Below the pieces are notes generated by a model. The model did not search any database and was not told the origin of the DNA. It worked only from the letters and a program-made list of their open reading frames with translations. Source: Takakia lepidozioides (Eukaryota; Plantae; Bryophyta). Taken from it: a stretch of 64,000 bases of DNA. The stretch spans positions 88,350,001-88,414,000 of the forward strand of contig CM060731.1 of assembly GCA_030704615.1 (NCBI GenBank), in the 5' to 3' direction. The stretch's first letter is position 1. Every line of letters starts with the position of its first letter. Both the position numbers and the translations under genes were made by a program. Shown here one piece after another: positions 50,748 to 61,158 of this stretch.

Positions 50748-53700
50748 CTGAGAGGGAGGGAGTTCATGCACTAAAGAAGAGACATCGTCGCAAGCTCCGC
50801 AAATTGTACTTCGGACGTAGGCCAATGCCGAAGGGGAGGAAGAAGATGCGTCTTCAGGAGGAGATTGCCATCTCGCAGCAGCAGGCCACGCAGGCAACCC
50901 AGCCACCAGTGAGAGCTTCGTGCTATCGGGATGCGCCCAGCTGATCGAGCACTGAAACCCCCCTCATTTTTCTTGTGCAATTCTTAGACTGTATGCTAGC
51001 ATACTTGAATGCAGAAGATGTTTGCATGCCTAGCTAGAAAGGTGGAGGTGCTGGAGGGATCGCAGGAATCCGAAGAGCCGCAAGAAGAGTCCGTGGAGCT
51101 AGCTGCAGCACGCACACCCAGCCGATCCACAAGCACGGGTCTTCTTGCCGGGCCTAGCCCTGTGCGTTTCAAGGATGCGGCTTGGAAGGGCAAGTCTTTG
51201 CAGTTCAAAGCCCCAGAGAGCGACTCGCGTTTGAAGGTCATGGAGAATCGCCAGCAGGGGTCGGGCCCTTCTCTAGCAAAGACGGAGAAGAAGCAGCCCG
51301 TCCTTCAACTGGTTTCTGAACCGGACCAGGCCGTTTCCCCCCCACCCAAGCGAATGAAGCAGAAGGGTACAAGGCAGATTCAAATGCAGCAGACACCTTC
51401 ACCTACAAGAATGAGGAAGCAGAAGGCAATCAGGGGGAGGGCGGAGCAGTCTCCCGCAAAACAAGTTCCACGAGCTGAAGCCCAGTTCCTGCTTGATTTC
51501 CAGCCTGGTGATGTTGGGGGCGTCTCTGCTGCAGCGAAGGCAATGAGATCGACCGATTCTGTCGAACTGTCAGCGGAGGAGGGTGCTGCTGCTCAACGTT
51601 CGCAGCAAGACCTGACCACCGTTGAGGAAGATCTTTAGAATATTGTAGGCCCGGAGGAGGCCTCTGCAATGGCAAAATTGCCCGCAAAGATTCCCCAGAG
51701 TGCAGCTCCAGTTGGGGATGCTCCAGCTGCTCAGCCCCTACAGCCATCTGCAAAAATGTCTCTGGAGGAATTCCAAAGTGCAGCGGATACAATGTTGGAG
51801 GAGACACACAGTAGCATTGGCAAAGTTTTGGGCAGCAGGGTATTCCAGTGGACTCTTCAAATCCCACTCTGTCGCAAGGTCTCCCTTCCCATCGTCAGGC
51901 AGGCCCTTCCCGGAGATGTGGATAAGCTCAAGTTCGCATTTCGAGAAGGGTACCGTCTGGGATCGGCAACGTTTTACGTTTCCATTGAGAATGAGGACGG
52001 CGAAACTCGTGGACCCATTGCCGATGAATTGTCAACATGGGATACCCACTGGCACACTCGCAACAACGAATTCGAGGCGACGCTGAAGGGTGATCCAGAC
52101 TTCGGCCATATGTCGGGTAAAATGTTCTTTGTGTGGGACGGGAATCACCGACTTCTCGCCTGGTGGGAGTACATCAAGCAGAACCATGCCAAGCACATTG
52201 GCTGGCATTACATGGTGGAGTGTGTCATCCTCAAGGTGAAGGCGGCAGACTCCTCCTTGCTCAAGAATGCCATGGCGGACCTCAACTCGTAAGATACTCA
52301 TACCCTCCCAAGCACGTTCGAAATGCGGTGCCGCATTTCGGTTTCCAATCTGTTTTGTTTCCGTGCTTTCGTGGACTGAACTGGAGAGTGTGCCTTGCAG
52401 GGTCACTGAAAATGCGTACGTGCATACCCACATGGCACATATGCTGTACAGGGTGAGGAAAACTGGTCTCACTGATCCGCACATGTTCGCGGAAATGCTG
52501 GAGCCCGAGCTCATTCAGAAAGCCGTGGCAAAAACTGACCGGACATGGTATCGTCTCACTATGGATGGAATGGTGGAGGTGATATACGAAGTAAGTCGTC
52601 CTCCAATTTCCCTCTGCTCATCCTTCGGATTGAAATTTCCAGTAATCTTTCCACATGAATCGAATGTAACGCTTCTGCATGTTTTTGTTGGCAGTCAAAC
52701 ATCAAGCTGGATTTGGCCCATGCCAAACGCTTCTTCATGGAAAGTGAGGGGCAGGTCAAAACGTTGCAGTCATTGACTAAGCACTTGAAGGAAGCCGGGG
52801 TCAAGTCCAGAACGAAATACAAGTCAAAGCTTGTGAAGCTGGTGGCCATTGCAGATCCGGCACTTGGAAAGGACTTCATCCCCGAGATTGCAAAACACTA
52901 TTCTCGGGCCATGCAGCCGACCATGCAGTTGGAGAAACTGCATCACTTGTCAACGGCTACTTAAGATAGGGGCCCTAACGCAAGAGCCCCCGTTTTTCAT
53001 GGCTTGGACCGTGTCGGGACCAAGCTGTGTCTACCTACCAGAGATGCAGAAACAATGGCATGCCGCGCATCTCGTTGGATGCCCGTGGTACCTGGACATG
53101 TCTGGCGGACTTGTTGATGAATCAGAGAAAGATCTGCACGCGAAAGCGGAGGAGAAGAGAAAGGAAAGACGTGTCCCTGCTGGGCTTGAGTCGGCAAAGG
53201 ACGCTGCTGCTCTGGAACAATCCAGAAAGGCAGCTGAGATGGCACAAAAGATGGTGGATGCAGCTATGCAGGCTCAACAGAAGGGGTTGAAGAAGAGGAC
53301 TCGCCAGCAAGGAGCAGCAGTTGTGACACCGAAGAAGCCGAAGAAGCAAAAACAGATAGAGCAGGAAGAGGGTGACGAAGAGGACAACGATGGAGACTTT
53401 GCAACCAGCCCACCCAAAACGTAGCCGAAATCCACTGTGCCCACCGTTGTCACGAGAGGGACGAGAACAGGCTCAGCCAAGAAGGCACTCTTCAACCCCC
53501 CGGGGGGGCACCCTTTCGAGCCGGTGGAAATGAAGAGGCTGAAAGTGGAGCCAGAAACAGTAGTTCAGTGTGTCAATGAGAGTTTCTTGGCGGCTCTGGA
53601 CGGACGGGCAGCCAAGTTGGCATACATCAAGACCATGGAGGGTCTGAAGGGCAGAGCACTGAAGAAGGCGGCTGAAGCAGAGCCTTCCGACACCCCTTGG

Positions 53701-55020
53701 TTTCTGAAGATGGTCTCGTTCTTCGAGAAGGTGTGTGCAGGGAAGGATTGTAGGAGGGGAGGAAAAGCCATAGAGTGGTCTTGCGATATGATCATCTTGG
53801 ATATTCCGGACGGAGAGCCTGTGGAAGGACTGCAAGCTTTGCCATCTTGGAACAGGTACTCCGAGGACTTTTGGAAGAAGGATTCGGGCTCGCCCGCATG
53901 GTGTTGGACGACAGAGGCTGTGTGGTTGTCCTGGCAAGCAGAGGCAAAAACACGGAGACAGGAATTGCGAAGTGGACCCGCAAGAGCGTCGTCCCAATTC
54001 TGAAGAAGAAGTGGACGTGCATCAACACATTGGGCCTTCGGTCGGAAGGGGAGAAGGTAATTAGGACATTAGCAATCTTCCTTTCATTTTGTAACCTGTT
54101 TTGAAATGCGGTGCCGCATTCGATTTCTAATTGTTCCCCACTGTGTATGCAGACGAAGCAGTTCGATGCATACTGCTTTGTGAAGGAGAACTCAACCTTT
54201 GCTTTCCGGAAGGAGGGATTGTTGGTTGACCCGAACTGCGACCCCATCGATTACGACGTCCTGTTCAACAACATTCCCACGGAACTTCTCCCCCATAGTT
54301 TCACTTCAACGGATCCCCTGCAGTATTCACGGACTCCGAGCCCTGCCTTCATCCAGACAATTATGGAGGCATGCACTGACCTGGAGGGCAGAGTGCTGGA
54401 CCTCATCTGTGCTGATTCTTGTACTATGTTGTTCTGTGAATTCTCATTATGTTCAAATTCACCATGTGTGAAGGGATATTTTTCAATGAGTGGAGGGCAT
54501 TGTGACAGATGCCTCAATGTGGGCTGGGCGATTTTCCGACCGGCACCTCTTTGCCTACGAGGAAGACACATCCGTCTCGGGATCCCATCTGGAAGGGCTT
54601 CAACGGAATGTGAAGGCTCCCATCGAAGCCAAAGATTCCTCGGATTCCTCGGAGTCGGAGGAAGAGACAGTAGACATTGATGCCGAGGAGAACCTGAAAT
54701 ACGAGTGAGTGCAAACATTGTAAGTTTGCAAAGCCTTCTGGGTGATTTTTTGTCGAACGCATTTCCGGACTGTGGTTCTCATTGGTCTCGTGGGTGAATG
54801 TTATGTGCAGGATTCCAGGATCCGGGTCGAAACATGTAGGGCCTACACTTCCTGCCAGGACGAATGTCCCGTTCTTTGCGAGGGCCGACTTCATGACGAG
54901 CCCGGTGAAGGACTACTCCCTTCCTAGTTATGCAGCTAAACTCGAAAATACAGCGATTAGACGATGTGAGAATCCCAGTAAAGTAGAGCAGATTTTGGAG
55001 AGGGCTAGGGAGGATAGAAG
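50748..55020 (+). pseudogene. Multi-exon ParB/Srx-like + beta-class DNA amino-methyltransferase-like fusion gene (copy C)
   Basis: FFVWDGNHRLLAW (DGNHR at 52137-52151); DMIILDIPDG (DIPDG at 53800-53814); RMVLDDRGCVVV; RVLDLIC; introns 52289-52400 and 52591-52694; stops, deletions and a lost splice donor. Confidence 0.75.
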
Positions 55021-55850
55021 GAGGTTTACTATTTCATGAGCAGAAACCATGAGCCGTGAGCCATGAGCCGCGTGAGCCGCATGAGCGGTTAGCCGAAGTC
55101 TAAGACACGCGGATTTCATGAGCGGACTCCTCCAAATTTGGAAATGCGGCAGATTAAACAAGTATTAAAATAATAGTTTTATATTTGACCTTGCCGTTTT
55201 TGGAAGTTACAGATCCTGTAATGCGGCAAAGATATGTCGTCAGTAACAACTTCGCTCATGGTTTTTTAGATCCGCTCATGGAAATGAGTGACCGTGCAAC
55301 GAGAAATCCAGTATACCACGGCAAAAGGACGTCGCATACTGGCCTGTATAGAGTATTCCGCGGTTTTACATGCCTTAACATTGGAATGAAGCTGACCCTT
55401 TTGCCGCGACTGAACCAATAGAGTCTGCACAATTGTGTCATCTTCCAGTATTCGGCGGGAAAGTTTTGCAAGTGAACTAGGAAATGCGGTGCCGCATTAG
55501 GGTTCGCACGTGCGAAATTTCTGGGCGGTTTGGTGTTGCTGACTGCCGCATCTACCAGTACCTACGATGTTACTTGGAAATGCAGCGCCGCATTTCCTTG
55601 CCGGGGGTCGAATGAGGAAAGCAAAGTTTGGGAGAGCAGAAAAACAGGAACCCTCCAACACACAAAAATACATGCACGTGGAAACACGAGTGAATGACAT
55701 AGTATTATCGACGTTCGAGCAAAACAGGTTCCTGGTAGGCAAGACATAAGTCGGACCTTTCTGTGGCCAGAGTCAGAGCTACTTGCAGCAGTACAGTTCT
55801 ACTATCCGAAAAGGATGGGCGTACCATTGTGTTGGGACCGCAAGCCAAGG

Positions 55851-58800
55851 TCACTGGTCCCCTGGATCCATATTCAGAAGAGTGTGCACCTCTTGGGGGC
55901 TCAACCCTGGTACATGTATGAAGTGATGAGTTGTGGAATTACACCGGAGTCTCTTTAGGTACACGTAGTACAGATGCTTGCAAGGGCAGTATGATGCCCC
56001 CTTGTTCGCCATGATCTGAAAGTCGGTGCAATTGCAGGTGGGTAATTCTGAAATGGTGATGGTGTACACCTCATTGCAAACAGCTGAGCCTGCCGTGGCC
56101 ATCTGATACACACGCCCGAAGCCTGGTGGGGGCACTTCTGTCGAGCTCTGGATTGTACAGTTCATCCGAAGTGCATTCCCCATCCTTGTCTCGTTCACTT
56201 TTGAGGGAGGTCGCCGCCTCTTCGGTTTCCCCCAACGGTGTGTAGGATGCTTAGAGCTGTCGGGTCCCATTGTTCTTGCTCTCACATGGGTCGGTGGTGG
56301 AGGCTGTGGAAGCGGAAATGGTTGTCTGGGGATGTTAGTGCGCTGCACCATCCGAAATCCTGCGGCGGTAAGGGCGTCGGCCTCAACCTGACTCAAATCG
56401 CAGCCTGGTTCCACCGGCCACACCGGGGGAGCCTCTGGCATTGTTTGTATGCCGTACTTGGGCTTTCCATACACGCAAGTCATAATGTCGTGCCTGCAGA
56501 ACCAGAACTGGGTGGTTGTCGCCTCCGCAAACTTTGCATGGACAAATCTTCCTGTAAAAGTAGGAGCAGGGACAGCACCATCTGGATTCCTCCTTATCAT
56601 CTCTAAACAACGTTGCCGTGTATCCACTCGAATTGCGGAACACCTGCCTTGAAACGACGGCTTTGTGCGAGCAATTCTCCACTGTGACGCAAACACAGTC
56701 GTCTCCACAATGGCTTGGCCATACTGCATAAGGGGGCGGAATCTGGGGCAAGCGAGCGGTGGAAATTTCTCGCACGGAATCCCCGCTTGAAGGCGATGGC
56801 GATCTGGAATTTCTTGGGCTTCCAGTGCTGGAAGACACATTGTGCGGCAACATGACGGGCCCTCGAGGTGCTGTCCGAATGTTCCTGTCGGATCTCCAGG
56901 AATCCTCTTCGCACCCGGGTTCCTCTTCAATCCTCCGCCTCACAGGGCGAGTACGGACGTCCCCCTCTAGGTGCTCACCTCTGCGGTGCAGAGGCGTCCT
57001 TTTGATCTTCTCTCGCAATGCTGTCGCCCATTTCAGTGGATTCTTCGACCTTGAAGCTGTTCGCACCAACAATTCCTCCCTGTCCGGCCCAAAGCCCCAT
57101 TGTTTCCCGCTCAGGAACTTGTAGTACGTGGCTTGCTGCATGATTGCTCTGTCGATGTCCTCCGTTGTGGCCGTCACTATGTCCACCAGATGTGCGGCAG
57201 AAGACGCTCGCCAGGAGGAGTGCACTGATTCTGCCATATTCGTGTTCGGCATGTCCGTGTCGGAATCCAAGCACCGCTCCTACAAGGACACAGACAATGG
57301 TGAGGAACCAATGGAAAGGTCCGTAATAGAAAGACAATTGCACAAAAATGACAGCATCATACCTCCCGCATGTACTGTCCAAACTGTCGATACTGGAAAT
57401 GCCACCACCCCAACCAGCTGTGCAAGGCTCCCAGATTGGTTGTCTCCACTGCACCTGACGTGTTCCACCAAGCCTCAATGATAGCAAACTTAACTCCGCG
57501 TCATCAAATGTGGGTGCATCCTTCCACGCCGTACAAAGGACACGGTGTTCAGCCTGGAATGAGCTAGCAACAAATTTGGTAGTGTAGTGGGATAGACTCT
57601 GCATCCAATGGAATCCACATGATCTCTCTTTCCCCTCCATTGGAACATTGGGGTCCTCACCGTACACACGCCGCACCGCTGCCCAGTTGGCCTGAGCGTT
57701 GTCAGCCATGAATCCCCTGAAATTGGGCTCTGGCAATCCCGCCCTTGCCATCTACTCGTTTATGCCCTCCCACAGATGCATCTCCGACTGTGTGTCCTCC
57801 CCTTTCATCTCGCAGATTGCAATCGTCATGAGCCTCTTGGAGTGATAGTCATAAACATACGCACCCATAGTCACCCACTAATGGTTTGTAATTCGCTTGA
57901 TGTGATCAAACATCACCCAAGCATTCGACAAGTTTCCAGTTGTCATGCGAGTGACCAAGTCGACTCCACTCCCAGGCCCACACGTCGACATTTTAAAAAT
58001 GTAACAACGATCGGATTCGCTGCCTTGCCCTGGAAACCTGCTACCTTGGATGTAGTCATATCCAGTCATTCGTTTCACCTCCAAGATTGAGTGCATGTCC
58101 GACCCCCGGCCGAACTCCTGCTTGCAAGATACGATGTGATTCCGCACATTCGGACTACAAACGTGCAAGACGGACTCCAACAGGTCAAGCATCTCCTCTT
58201 CGTTAAAGGGCACTTGGTCTGAACCATCTTCAGATATGATTTTGCCAAGAGCAATCTTGTGGGCTGCCTTCAGCTGAATCTGCTTTGGTCTGACTCCGGG
58301 GCTCAATTTCACCTCCTCTTTTATGATGTCGTGTGCTTCCTGCACAGCCTCACGCATGTTGCCTCTCGCCAAGGGGTGGCAGTGGACCCCAACGTGTATG
58401 CAAGCTCTAGTCAAGTTCGGGAGCAAATGGATAACGTAATATTGCTTGGCTCTGCACATGGACATGCACGTCGGTGGTTCTTTGCAATGTGCGCACTTGA
58501 AAGTACCCGCAGGAGCTTGGCTGGAGACAATGAATGGATGATGCGTTGTGCCAGTCCAATCCGTCTCGTTTCTCCGCCCTCCTTTGGAAAGAAAGTGGAA
58601 GCAGGCGGGATTGAGGCACCTCAGCTTCCCCGCACAGAGGACGTATCATACATGAACACCATCAGCAATTTTCGTGCTACTGGTCTTCGTCACACACCAG
58701 GGGTGTCCATCATGCTTTCGATCCATGTCTGTTAACATCCCTGAGGCTTTGTTTGACGAAGTAACAGGTGGAAACTCGAAGATGACATTGCCATCAACTT

Positions 58801-59470
58801 TGGGAGGCAGATACGTTACCTTCCTGACTGGAAATTGGGCATAGTTGAGAGCAGCCAGCTCGGAGCGAGAACCATCGAGGTGATGTTGCCGTAGGAGCTG
58901 CACAATGGACCGGGTTGGAGTTATGCTCGAGGGTACATGCGTAGCACCTGTAGAGACGTCCATCTCGGATTTGAACGATCATGTGGAGGACATGGGGACC
59001 TCAATGCACTCATCTTCATCGTCGGAAATGTCGAATACGTCCACACGAGAAGCTATGGAGGGTCTTGACGGTCCAGGTCGGGAATGATTATCGTTGCATA
59101 CCTCTCTGTTGGCAGTGGCCGCCTGTCGGTTTCCGGACTCCTTTGTGGATGGTAAGGGCAGCGACTGATTCGGAAAGGGAATGGGCATTCCCACAGCTCG
59201 GTACACGATGGTGTCTGATGGGGGTACGTGCCATTCGATTCCGCAACCTCCGTCGTTACCTAGCACGACAATGGTCTCGTCAACCTGTCCAGGAACATCC
59301 TTCCTTTCTTCTTCCAAATAAACTGTGCCCGGTTTGAGCTTGAATTTGGAACAAAGGTAAGTTTCAGTCACTCTGCAAAGTCCTCCCTCGTTTGGGATCC
59401 AGGCTCTCCCAAGTTGCGGACGACAGCAAAATATAGCGTAGGAATTCGGAGCCATCGAACACCGCACCAA
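55851..59470 (-). pseudogene. Mutator/MULE-like DDE transposase with GCM-like N-terminal domain and C-terminal SWIM finger
   Basis: WVMFDH (D1), FMADNA (D2), CGFHW (CxxH), TNMAESVH (E); CRAKQYY...GVHCHP; SWIM CNC...CKH; in-frame stops and frameshifts. Confidence 0.85.
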
Positions 59471-59838
59471 GTTGGCAAGTGCGAGGTTCAGTATAGCGAC
59501 AGACGAAGGCTCACAGGCACCATGCGGAGTTCATCGACGATTGGAAGTCGCACATTGAATTGGAAAGTATAGTTTCAAGCTACATGCATGAAGGTGGGAG
59601 GTGTGATTCCATAGCCAGTAAGTTAGACAATGATGGCCGAATCGGCGACGAAAAACAACTCCTGACAGTTTCTCCTGAGGGTGGATCCAGCAGTATTCTC
59701 GGTGTGCAGACAGGAGCATTCGCACTGACAAGTGCCAGGAATGTTAGTTAAAACGGTCAGACAACCAAGTTGTGCTCATCAAGACTGGCCACAATTCTGT
59801 TGTTTCGGAACAATGCAACCCATTCAGGTTCAGCATGC

Positions 59839-61134
59839 GGAAATGAGGTTTCAGATTTCCGTCCGGAGTGATTCTTTCGATTGCTTCTGGACGGAAATAC
59901 GGCGCCGCATTTCCATATTGCATCTTAGTCATGCACCAGAACGACGGAAATGCGGCACCGAGTTTCCTTCCGGGGGAAACCTTTACACTCTCCAGAACGG
60001 AAATGCGGTAACGCATTTCCATCCAACAAGCACGGTATGTGAAGGTGGAACGGAAATGCGGTACCGCATTTCCGTTCTGATTGAGAATCATGAACAACGG
60101 GAACAGAAATGCGGCACCGCATTTCCGTCCGAGTCGCACTTTCCGACATTCCTGAACGGAAATTCGGCGCCACATTTCCGTCCGAGTCGCACTTTCCGAC
60201 ATTCCTGAACGGAAATTCGGCGCCGCATTTCCGTTTTGTATCTCATGCATGGAGCCGAGTGCAATTCCGACCGCTTGAGACATTCATACTATCCAGAACG
60301 GCAATGCGGTACCGCATTTCCGTTCTGACTGAAAATCGTGAACCATCGGTACTGAAATGCGGCAGGGCATTTCCATCCGAGTCACACCTCCCTCACAAGC
60401 CAGAACGGAAATGCGGCACCGCATTTCCGCCCGGGTGAGACCTTCATACTCTCCAGAACGGAAATGCGGTAACGCATTTCCATCCAGCAAGCACGGTATG
60501 TGAAGGTGGAACGGAAATGCGGTACCGCATTTCCGTTCTGATTGAGAATTATGAACAACGGGAACAGAAATGCGGCACCGCATTTCCGTCCGAGTCGCAC
60601 ATTCCGACATTCCAGAACGGAAATGCGGCGCCGCATTTCCGTTTTGTATCTGATGCATGGAGCCGAGTGCAATTCCGACCGCTTGAGACATTCATACTAT
60701 CCAGAACGGAAATGCGGTACCGCATTTCCGTTCTGACTGAAAATCGTGAACCATCGGAACTGAAATGCGGCAGCGCATTTCCATCCGAGTCGCACCTCCC
60801 TCACAAGCTAGAATGGAAATGCGGCACCGCATTTCCGTTCTTATGAAAAATCGTGAAACATCGGAACTGAAATGCGGTACAGCATTTCCGTCGGAGTCGC
60901 ACCTTCCGACATTCCAAAACGTAAATGCGGCGCAGCATTTCCGTTTTGTATGTGAGGCATAGAGCTTTGGAACGAAAATGCGGCACCGCGTTTCTGCGAG
61001 GGTCAGACCTTAATACTCTACAGAACGGAAATGCGGTACCGCATTTCCGTTCTGACTGAAAATCGTCAACAGCGGGAACAGAAATGCGTCGCAACTTCCG
61101 ACATTCTAGAACGAAAATGCGGCGCCGCATTTCC
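59839..61134. repeat. Palindrome array 1, about 24 copies with 53-bp period
   Basis: Starts at 59893, 59946, 59999, 60052, 60105, 60158, 60211, 60300, 60353, 60407, 60460, 60513, 60566, 60619, 60708, 60761, 60815, 60868, 60921, 60974, 61027, 61080, 61113. Confidence 0.95.
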
Positions 61135-61158
61135 GTTTTGTATATGAGGCCTGGAGCC

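Larger units (their letters stand above)
48647..55020. mobile_element. Mutator-like element copy C, rearranged and interrupted by copy D
   Basis: Starts with GGGGGCTGCTATTTCATGAGC; 48647-50338 is the reverse complement of the right arm; then jumps to array-1-type sequence and the plus-strand ParB-MTase gene. Confidence 0.8.

Noticed and set aside
50748-55020. Bacterial or phage contamination as the source of the ParB/MTase gene
   Set aside because: The gene has GT-AG introns, is multi-copy and is nested with plant TEs
59839-61134. True CRISPR array
   Set aside because: Linkers recur and are related to each other, no cas genes are present, the context is eukaryotic, and the same repeat is dispersed in introns
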